In this document: positions 12,633 to 23,246 of the stretch, in pieces | Numbering within the stretch: the stretch's first letter is position 1 | Layout of the letters: the number at the start of each line of letters is the position of its first letter | Assembly: GCA_973895155.1 (NCBI GenBank) | Contig: OZ316894.1 | Coordinates: 5,852,944 to 5,916,943 of the forward strand | Direction: 5' to 3' | Source: Marsupella aquatica | Lineage: Eukaryota; Plantae; Marchantiophyta | Length of the DNA stretch: 64,000 nt | Translations under genes and position numbers: made by a program | Notes under the pieces: generated by a model | Seen by the model: the letters and a program-made list of their open reading frames with translations, nothing else | The model's database searches: none | What the model was told of the DNA's origin: nothing

Positions 12633-14067
12633 ATTTTATGTCCTTGGCAGGACTCACTCACCCCTAATCACTCCAACTCAATAATGATCTTCAATCTGCC
12701 ACTGCAGTAGGTGCAAATCATTCCCCCCAACAGGTCAACTTCGGAAACGATAAATCCACTAATAAAGTGCCTACTTCTTCGCCTACCGTAGCTTCTCCAA
12801 CCAGACGCTGGCAAATCATCGACATGTAGGCCCAGCTCAATCCGCCGTCGAGACTGCCATCTTCCCGACTACTACTGCACCTACTGTTGAAAATCGCTGC
12901 TCGAAGCCACTCCCCTAAATTCCTAACCCACCAAACCAAACCAAACCAAACGAACAACTAAGAATGATGCACTGCCTTTCTTTGCGGCCAAGGTTGTTTG
13001 AATTATTCTCAAGTGACCGACTAAACCAATCATTGTTCATAATTACGAATTGACCATCGAAACAAGCCCTGGATTTGAATCTTACTGCACCTCCAATTGA
13101 TTACCAGATCGGGTCTACTGACGTTGATCGATATATTGTGCAAACGTCGGTGCATCGGAGCAGCGCGTTGGGCGGTTGTAGTTCGTTCTGAATTCACAGA
13201 TGCATCAAATTGAAAGCCAGCAAATCAGTTGAAGTCAGTAGTCATAGCTCAACATACTACATCGGTCCGTAGAGGTTATTGGTGTTGACCAGACAGTGCC
13301 ACTCCGATCGATTTATAATACCCAACAGAAGCTCATGTTGGGCTAATTCGATCAAGTGGAGAGCACTTTGGATCCGGTGATTCCGTAATTCCAAGGGGAT
13401 TGGCTGATGAGGGAAGCCTGGACACGTACACATTGTCTGTGAATTCGTTCTGTGATGAGTCTGTGGGTAGCTGTCTCTCATTAGGCGATCGACAGGCCAA
13501 AAATGTGCCTAGTGAGCAACTACGGACCACCAATTTAAGCAAGAAGGCGGACATGGCACAGGGAAGCATGCCATCAATATAGCTTGATTGATCAATTATG
13601 CAGCGGCTATCTTGCGGACTCGAAGGATGAAAGACGCCTGTACCTCATCCTGAATCGCCATTCTTTGAGATTTCTTGTTATAAGTATGTGATTGTGGACA
13701 CCCATTGCGTATATTTCGGGAGCCAGCTGAAGACGCAGATTGTCTCCCTCATTTCTGTGAGTATTGACCTGTTATGCTCCGGACCGACATTTTTACCAGG
13801 CAATCTGTGCAATTTCCAAGTTTTGGAAAGACAAACCGGACATTAACTGGCTACTGTAGCTCTTTCGGTCAAAGGACCAGGTATTTAGAGATCTGCGCGC
13901 ATCAGGTCCAGAAAGTTAGACTCGACGGACAGAGAGACGCCAAGTAAGTTTTGAACGAATAGCTCCTTGACAGAGATCTACAGTAGTGGCTGCTCAGCCC
14001 ATCCTCAGTACATCTAGTCTGAACCGGGAATAGAAGTTAAGCAGACAATCTGGGAATATATGCTGCG

Positions 14068-17024
14068 ATGACAGATTTTGTGGAGCTGGACAGTGGATCG
14101 AGAGAGCGTGTGACGTCGAAAGGAAAGGCAAACTCTATGGGTGCTGGGAACATACAGTACGCATTAAATATTGTCCGAGGCTCGATCTCCCAAGTTCTGA
14201 GGAGGACCGATTCATTCGGATCCTCTAAGTCACTGCAACAGTCGATTTCGGGGAAAGGGGGATGTAAAGTGGGAAGCACTGAGGGTACCAGGAGGCTATA
14301 CAGTTTTTGTGGATTTCTCGTGCTGGAGGTGATTGTGGCGGTATTCCTGTTCTGCAATCGAGAGATGCTAAGTCTTCACCTATGTCGGCAGACACCTGAG
14401 CAACCTTATGCTCCCTCTGTACGTCTGCCCAATATTCTCTTTCACTCTTTCTAGATCGCCCACTTTCCAATGTATTAATTTGAAAACGGCTCCACATTCT
14501 CTTTCATTGTCTTTCTAGATCTCCCACTTTCCAATGTATTAATTTGAAAACGGCTTCAGTGTTCTCCCTCGCACAGATACATGTCCATGATGAACTGATT
14601 TCCGCCATCCTCTCATATTATGAAATTGAGTGCATGTTGTGCGTCACCATCACTAGGCTCCATCGATCAAGGGATAGACTCAACATGGCAAGTCTATCAG
14701 ACAAGGATCATACTGATATTGAGCCAAGTCTATCACGTGATGGAGCTACGTAAGACAGCCAATCGAGCAAGTAGCCATTTGTTCGGTGTACTGATCGACT
14801 CGTAGTTTTGTTTATGCTGATGATCGAGTGTAATGACCACCACTCTCGCATCTAAATACAGGCTTGGTATTATGAGCATGTCTACGAACATCCTATTCCT
14901 AGTCTGAGGATTTTAACCAGCGAAGACGGAGCCTCTCCGATTCGCAGTAGAGTTCTACCAAGAGAACGAGAGATCACTATTGCAACACATGTAAGTAACT
15001 TAAGTACACAGTCATGTAGTTTGCTTTCTGACATGACGTGTCATAGACTCAAAAGCACTATCTCCTGTACACAGCTTTCCTGCTCTTGAAAAATGTTCTG
15101 CAATGTAGGTCGATGAGGTGGTATTCTGATGTGTGGTGCTTGCCTCAAAAACCGAGGGGACTATAGACCACTGCAGATCGGTTGCCTGCAGTGAAGATGA
15201 CAGCACTGAGGTGGAGTGGTGCAATGGCACTTGTGGTCCTAGTAAGGGTGAGATCCGACATACCTACAGTCTACAGGACCCTTCAAGAGATACATCAAGT
15301 TGTAGAAAGAGAAGGGCGTTGCAGACTCCACATCCAAGTCATTATAGAGGACGGATTCAAAGACGAGGAAGAAGCTCTAAAAGCGCTTTACCCTGTAAGC
15401 CACCATTCTGGGAATCGAAGCTTAACGAGATATAGGAGATACCCACTTTGTCTTACATACCTTCTTGGCAAGAATTGTGTTTCTATTATCTGTAACCACA
15501 TGGTCTTCATTGCAGATTAACGGGATGCGCAACCTGGCAGTACGTATGGTGACCACCGAGCTCTTCTTGATGATTGATGCCGACTTAGTACCAAGCCCAG
15601 GGTAAAGTAATATAAGCACTGACTGAGGCTCCTTTCGTCTGCATAGATTTACCCTTCTTCAATCTAGATGTCCTGTCTGACTCTTGGTTTCAGAAATTAT
15701 TCGTCTATACGCCTCGCTTAAGGAGATCTCAGAAATTATTAAAGCACTCCAAAGTGGGGGACGAAAAGGTGGTCTAAAATCACAGTGCCTCGCACGGCAG
15801 GTTGCATGAGCATCTTACCCAGGATGAAGATAAGTACGCTGCCTATGTGCAACGAGCAACAGAGAGGAAGCATGTTCTGGTGGTTCCTGCTTTCAGCATG
15901 ATCCAGGACAGATCTATCTCGTACAGAGAGAGCCTTCATGCCCTCCCTCACACCCAGGAGGAAATGAGAGAGGCATGGTGGAACGGCATCGTAGATTGCC
16001 TTCACTGTGATGTCTCTCCTATAGCACACACGCCCACTGACTACCCAAGGTTCACCGACCCAGGAGTGGACTATCCATACGATGTTACTTACAGGTAAAG
16101 AGACTAATCATTATTCCAGAGCTATGACCCAAAGCACCCAAGCTACACTGTCAGACGCTCTTGGCTATTTCCCTGCTTTAATATCTACTGTGTATGTCTG
16201 AACATATTCAATTGCGGAGCAGCTGGGTGACAAGAATTTAATATTTCATGCTGACCATTGACTGCACTTGCGATGCAGAGAAGGCTACGAGCCCTTCTTC
16301 ATAGCTGCTGTGAATGACTTTCCAAAATATGATGCACGCTTCAGGTGAGTTTCACATACCTTGAATTATTCCAGCTGCACATGAAAAAGTTTCATGTATA
16401 TTGCACTAACAGAGTCTTCTACATTTCGATTGGAGGTCTCTGATCGGAGTCTAATATGAATGAGAGTGATGCAGAAGATGCCCTGGCCTTAGAAGAAATA
16501 GACATTCATATATTTGGATCGTTCTGGCGCGCAGGGGCTATAGCAAAAACAAAGTTTCTCACGTATATGCACTCTCAGCCAAGGGCATGGGCTTCACTGT
16601 GGTCCCAGAAGGCTTTTTGGTGGAGCTTCCACATCTTCCTTCATTTTCTCAAAGACAATATTCCGGAAAGGAGAGGGTATGCACATTCACATCTCACAGA
16701 AGAACGACAATTCTAGTCTTGCATTATATTAGACCTTTGATACGAGAATAGCTTACTACTGCGAGACAACATAGACTTTTTGGCGGAGAGATTTGTTAAG
16801 CGAAGAACACAGAGAGGTTTAATGAAAGGAATTTCTTTAATCATAATGTCGTCCTGACTCTGATTTTGCTCCGTATCTTCTTTACCTGATTTGATACTTG
16901 GGCTTTGCAGGATCCTTTGCAGAAATCGCGTATTGATGCGCTTTACCGACGCTTCAAAGCAGAATTGAGTAAGGAATTGAATGTGACTGCACAACCTGCA
17001 AGAATATATACTGCTGAAGCATGA
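14068..17024 (+). CDS. Glycosyltransferase family 49 (LARGE/B4GAT1-like glucuronyltransferase), type II membrane protein, ~469 aa; exons 14068-14418, 14862-14990, 15167-15394, 15516-15601, 15801-16094, 16279-16344, 16535-16676, 16911-17024
   Basis: All junctions are GT-AG and phase-consistent. The spliced product contains EITIATHTTADRL, RWSGAMALVV, LYPINGMRNLAVRMVTTELFLMIDADLVPS (DxD), VLVVPAF, TDYPRF and YREGYEPFFIA...PKYDARFRGYSKNKVSH...GFTVVPEGFLVELPH, the GT49 motif series. An N-terminal hydrophobic anchor is present (RRLYSFCGFLVLEVIVAVFLFC). The exon 1-2 junction is the least certain. Confidence 0.88.
14437..14558. repeat. ~62-bp tandem duplication in GT49 intron 1
   Basis: tctttctagatc.cccactttccaatgtattaatttgaaaacggct occurs twice. 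Confidence 0.85.
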
Positions 17025-18995
17025 GCTAACTACAAACCTGCCACCTTCGTCGGGCTACTGCGAAACAAATTATATTCAACCATGCGGAGAACCGCCCTTC
17101 TTGATGTCCCGAAGTCTGCACAGGAAAAGGAATCGTTAACGGTATGAAGACCCAAGCTTTTCGTATTATCGGAACCTTCCCGCTGGAGGCCGTCATTTGT
17201 CAAAAAACTGTGGCCTCGAACCAGAACGAATCCGAATCGTCGAAAGTCTAGTGATCGACAAAGCTTCCTTGCAGGACTTTTCCCTTCCTTGCGAACCTGG
17301 CTTGGACTAATCAGAAGCATTTGAAGGTCTACACAAGTGAATCCCCGAAGACGACGTATTCACTTTGAGAAAGCTGCACTGCTGAAAGGTTTTGCGCACC
17401 AACAGTAGTAACATTTATATAGGAATTTAACATTTGCTGTTATAAATGAATAAAACACTTCGATCTACGACTTTTCAAGACCAAACGAAGTCATTTCCTG
17501 TAAAATAAATCCGCCAGTGAAGTCATCAATAATTATGCTCTGCATCAATGCTACATGACGCCGAGGACAGCAAAGACAGTCAAAAACTTCCAAGAGATGT
17601 GGCTTCTACAAATTCAACTCTTTCTAAGTACAGGCCACCCACATGTTGTGATACATGACTGGTGACTCTTTATCAACTCACTACGATTTTTTTAGTCCCA
17701 CTGCGCATTTGGGTACCCGTGTATTTCATTTGCTTCATTCCTTTCTGTGAGCTTGATATCTTTCTTAGGAAATTGAGCACATCTTGTGACAGAGGTTCCC
17801 AGGGTAGAAGAATGGAGTAAAGGTCTGCAGTAACATACCTACAACCTGGGTCGTCGTAAAAGCGAATTATGCTCGTTGTGCTTTCCACAGCCTGGGGGGT
17901 GCCACCGGGTTAGGAGACACAGGAAACAAGCCCCTCCGCAATTTACCCCTTATGTGCGCAGTCGATTGAGTGCCCAACTCCATTCCTGACCGAATTTTCT
18001 GCCAATACAGCCTTCTACTCTTGCCCTAGAGGATCAAAGACTTGGGCAACTCGATACTATTTGGTCACCTTGACTTAAAGATTTGCATGGATCAAGGCTG
18101 GGCAAATCCCAAAACAGCGACTAAATTGTACAAACCACGTCTCAAATGACGCTATAGATGGGAACGCACCATGGCAGGGGTACCATACTTGCCACTACCT
18201 GGTGATCATCCCACCCTATACCCCCTTCAGACAATTTAATTTGGCTCAGTAGACCTTGGTTTTGGGGCAAAGATACTATTTCTAATTGACTTGTGGCCAC
18301 CTAGAAGAGTCATTAAATGGGTCAGTCAATCAGTGCCCCTTCTAAACATCAATAGCAAATGACCTAAAGTTGAGGCCCCGCCCCCCAACCTTCACCGTTT
18401 TACAACACTTTTCTAGGAAAAAAATGGCTCCCGAAGACAACATGCTTTCTCACAGGTCACAGATAGACCATAAAATACTACAAGAAGCTTTCAGAAAGGA
18501 GCATCTTGGTAGATTTTCCAACCCTATCTGACCTTCATGGCTTTTTGAACAGAGCCCAAGATAAGAATGTAACCTGATACTTCCAGACATAATGGGTCAG
18601 GAGTTCCGAGATACTGCTGGACCCAAAAAAAGTATCACCGACGACAATCTACCTCTTTGGGTGCGCCAAAGCAAAACTGTCTAGACACAATCCTTCGTCA
18701 TTGTCATCAAATTAAACATTGACGTTAACAATAACAGGGATCCATGAATTGGCAAGGGGTATGGGAGAATTTGAGTAAATTATCGTGCCTCTCATGGAAG
18801 AGACCTTTAGAACAATATTGCTGATGAGAACTAATGGAACTAGCAGCTTCCGTGGATTACGAAATGAGGTATTCTCATGAATAAATCCATGAGAAAGGCA
18901 AAAGGCCGTACAGAAAGCTCTCAGTCAGCCCTTTAATGAGATACGCAGACTTTCGCAGTATGTACAATCTGCATCCATGAAGAAAAGTTACTAGG

Positions 18996-21900
18996 CTAGC
19001 CGCGGCTTCCTGAGGAAGCCACTGATCGGATAGCATCTGCCAGAGCGACAAAAGCTTGGCAGTAACCAAATGCAATCCTTTCATTCGATTCTAACGTTCT
19101 CTCTAACCTTTGCACATCGGCGTCAATGGACTTTTCTAATCTCCTGTCCTTTCGGTCCTCACACTCCAACATGATTTTTTGTGTTGCAAGCCTGCTCTGC
19201 TCCATTATTGCAACCAGTGATTCGTGGCTTGTAAGCATAGATTTCCTCTTTCTCCGATATCTAGAGTCCTTGAGGGTAACGCCAACTGGTTCACTCTCTC
19301 CTTCGTCCGCATCTGAGAAATCCTCATTGCTACCCGCCCTGCCAGATCCTGTAGGACGCACAAGGACATCACTTTTTAGATACAATGCTAGGCACAAACC
19401 GGTAAGTAGAGTTGTCCCAGAGAGAATAACTAAAAGTACTAAATATACTGCAGTACTAGCTACAGAGATAAGAGCCGATCTCCAGGACATTTCGCACAAA
19501 AGGATCCGATCATAACAAGAAAGGGACCCAATAAACCCCCGGGACCACAGACACATTTCTAGTTTAAGATCAAGACACAAATGCAGAATCGCTTGCTGCT
19601 ATTTCCCCTGTGCAATTTATCCGCAACTCAAATTGTCTCTTTGCGTTCCAGGGTCTGCTCATGTCGTCTAGAGGCTTGTATACCAACTACACTCTCGAGG
19701 CAAGCAGATGTATACGTTTTAGTCTTTCTTGCAGTACTGCACTTAGGGTATGGCCGTTTAACCAGGTGCCCAGTACTTCACTATTAACCATGTTAAACCC
19801 TTCAATTGTAGGGATTAAGCATATGCACCGTTCCACAGTAACCTAGCAGCATGATCAACTCATCCACAAACTTAGAGAGAGATGGGAAAAAGGACAAAAA
19901 GAACAATGAATTGCCTTCTTGTTGCGGTGCCGCTAGGTCGTTATTGATGTTTCCAGCACTTTCTATCCTTTCTTTTGTATACCACTTGGTCATGGCATTG
20001 AAAACTTCCCTCCAAAATGCAGGAGGCAGTCGCTTGGCCGTTCTCTCGTCTGCTGTCAGCACCCAATAAGAATGTTCCCCATCTGAGACGAGCCTTTCAT
20101 AATTGTATATCTTCTTGAATTCTACACTCATCTTTTCCCACCATTCCTTGCACTGCTGACCACTACGATAAACGTTTTGGGCCCAACAGAAGTCCTCTAC
20201 TGCTTGCCATGTCTCTGCTTCTGCACTCGATTGCTTCTCCTTAACTCGCCTCTCCTGCTTGCCCGCTTGCAAAACCATGCACTCTTGTAATGTCCAATTT
20301 GTCTTTCTGTACTCCCTCTCATGCCTCCCGAGGCCTCCCTCAAGCACAACATCAGCGTCATTTTTTCTTTCAGAATCCATCACTGGTGCAGCACTCCCTG
20401 GGTCACTGCCCTCGTTGTCCGTGCCAAAGAAATCCTCATTATTACCTGAAACTGTTCACGTGAAAAACATATCATTTCAAATCAATGTGTAAAGCAGAAT
20501 TATCACCAAATCAAGATGAACTTTCACTAAAAACCACGAATAGAAACTTTCTTGTGAAATACCAACTAGTTCAACTTGTAATGCCAACAACGTGACAGAC
20601 ATGACCATGTACTCCAGGGCAACTATGGAACTGTGACATATTGTAAAATGGAACCAACAAAGCCTGGACATCAAAGCATAGGCAGGTCTGCCTGAAGTAC
20701 CTTCGCGAGAAGCGTGCCGGGAAGCTTCATGAACAACAACTCGAAGGTCACTATTCCTATTTTTCCCAAACCACTCACTCATAGCTGTGTAAACTTCCAC
20801 CCAAAATGTTGAGGGCAACCTTTTGCTCTTCTTCATCTCTGGTGTCATAATCCAATATGTTTGTTGTGGATCTGAGATCTGCTTTTCATAGTCCAATATC
20901 TTCTTGAAGTCCGAGCTCAACTTATCCCACCTATCCCTACATTGCTGACCACTCCTATGTACGCCATGTGTCCAGCAATAATCCTCCACAACTTGCCACC
21001 TTTCCACTGCTGAGAGGTGCCTTTCCTTCGGACCGCTACCATACTGTCTCTCCAGGTCCTCTCTCTTCGCTGCCTGCAGCACAATAGATTCCGGCAAAGT
21101 CCAATTCGTCCTCCTGTAGTCCCTTCCACTAGTACCACCATTCCGGTCACTCATCAATACATCACCTTCGCTATTTCTTTTCTTGCCAGAACTAGAGTCA
21201 AACATCGGTTCAATTGCAGGCTCATCACTTTCACCTTCCTCAGAACCAGAATAATTCCCGTTGCTGCCCGCTTTGCCTGAAGCTTCTGCGCAGTATAAGA
21301 CAACAATGGCATGTGTTACTATTGAGGTCAGAACCACCCTCCTGTCTCCTCTACCTCGCGCTATTCCGACCAGACAGTAGACATGTCAAAAGTAAACAAA
21401 ACCTTTTGCGAAGACCAATGTCGGAGTGACATGAGAGCAAATACAAAAAGTAACAGCTTGTTCAAACATTTTGAGCGACTACTAAGAACTGTAGGGAACG
21501 AGTAATAGAGAAGAGCACTAGAGAAATCATTATATTCGAACCGCTGGAAAGAGTATAAAGCTCCTTCGGTAAGGATTGTAGATATTCAACGTTTGTAGTG
21601 GCAGTAACGAATACCGATATTCCAAGCAGTGTATGTCGTGTTAGCAATGAATGTCCTTATTCCAAGGTATGTATGTAGTGAAATGCTCTTCGCACCATTG
21701 CTCTCAGTCTGCTGAACCTCATCTCCTACTCAAGATGGACGGTTTCATATATTTCTCTATACAGCCACAATCTAAAAATCCAACAACCCTTCATTTTGAT
21801 CATTTTTGACATCTCACTTTGTAGTAAAAGATCAAACCTATTCGCAGTAGGGGTGATTAAGGGTAATACAGTGTCCTTCAGTTAGGAAGCCTGGATTTTG

Positions 21901-23175
21901 CCTAGGGTTTCGACCGTAGTAGCAGCAGCTGTAAATGCGTCTACTGTAGGCTCCCGACATTCTCAGTGACAGCTTGGGCTGACCTTTCTAGAGAGATTGA
22001 TGCCAAAGGACTTATTTATAGCGTATTGGGGCCATGCCATGCTGTCCCCTACAATCTGCAGTGGCAAACTTCACTATTATTGGCTCTTAAAGTCCTCGGA
22101 GTGCACGAACTTTAGGACATTTAAGAGTCTCCAGTTATCTCTGATATGTTTTCCATATATTAGCACATGCCCTCCTTTTCAAAAGGGTCATGATCGCATA
22201 CTAGGAAGAGTTTCTTAACAACAATAACTTGGAACATAGTGTAGCCTAAAGCAGAAACCACAACAGCATGGAAAGGCAACGTTGAAAACTCTGAAATTCA
22301 AGAGTAATAAGAAGAGCAGTGAAGAAATGACCCCAAAATGACAAAAACAACAAACAATCATGCGAGGGGTTTCAGGATGGATAAAAGTACTTGCCTTCCC
22401 GCTCCCGGAGAAGAGATCCTAAGTTGTCGTGAGTCCCATTTGCAGGTTGGATCTTACCACCGCCTACTCTGCCTACTCCAACTTGAATCCCTGCAGCTAC
22501 CGGAGTTCCTCCCCCTGACCCTCCAGCAGCTCCAACTGATACTCCACCTCCACCTCTCCCAAACCACTGAGCTAAGCCCTTGTAAACCTCCAAGAAAAAT
22601 GTGCTCGGCAGCCTCTTGGCCTTCTTTTCCTCCAGCGTCATCTGCCAGAAGTTGGTCTGTCCAGTGGTCGCATGCCTCTCGTAGTCGAAAACCTTCTTAA
22701 AATCGGTGCTCATCTTTTCCCACCGATCCTTACATTGCTGCCCACTTCGGTGCACTTTATGTGCCCAGCAGAAATCTTCCACCGCCAGCCACCGCTCTGC
22801 TGCAGTTCTGTGCTTCTCCTTAGCACCTCCATTGGTCTGCCTCTCGTAATCCTCCCTCTTGGCCTCTTGCAGAACCAAGCATTCTCCCACTATCCAATTC
22901 GTCCTCCTGAACTCCCTTCTGCTTCTTCCACCACCTCCCGCTTCACCTCCTCCCCCTCCCCCTCCCCCTCCGATAGACCCTCCTCCTCCCCCTGCTCTTA
23001 AGCCACCACCACTAATGTCAGTTCCCAAAAACAGGGTGTACCCCTGTTGATGTGGATGTTGCTGATGATGCAGATGGTTATGATGGCCGTTGCCGTTCCG
23101 GTTGCTGCCATGGTGCTGAGACTCTGCAGTCGACCCATTGACATCTGGTGGTGCCATCCTTCCATTGACGTCCAT
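18996..23175 (-). CDS. Trihelix (Myb/SANT-like) transcription factor, SH4/ASR3 clade, with three tandem DNA-binding domains, ~749 aa; exons 23175-22395, 21285-20701, 20445-19915, 19348-18996
   Basis: Three copies of R[RK]TNW...E..VLQ..K...W..VED[FY]CW...[HY]RSGQQC[KR][DE].W[ED]K.S.[DE]FKK[VI]..YE...[FY]W..T......KRLP..F..EV[YF]. A C-terminal coiled coil and amphipathic helix (RIAFGYCQAFVALADAIRSVA) follow. All introns are phase 1 and the spliced frame is open (781+585+531+353 nt). Donors 1 and 3 are GC-type. Confidence 0.85.
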
Positions 23176-23177
23176 GA

Positions 23178-23246
23178 TCAATGCCTCCCTCGGATTTTTC
23201 TTCGACCTCCCTGCTGTCCCCGACCTCGTCCTGCCTGCCTACTCAT
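23178..23246 (-). promoter_or_regulatory. Upstream ORF (22 aa, MSRQAGRGRGQQGGRRKIRGRH) ending 2 nt before the trihelix ATG
   Basis: ATG at 23246, TGA at 23180-23178, main ATG at 23175. Further tiny uORFs (ATG AAT GAG TAG; ATG GGT CAT GAA TGA; ATG TAG) lie just upstream. Confidence 0.4.

Noticed and set aside
12967-12990. ATGCACTGCCT resembles the miR408 5' half
   Set aside because: The 3' half diverges and no complementary star arm is visible.
14577-14749. Possible extra GT49 exon (CAG|ATACATG...CTAC|GTAAGA)
   Set aside because: Its donor is out of phase with the next exon, whereas direct splicing 14418>14862 keeps the frame.
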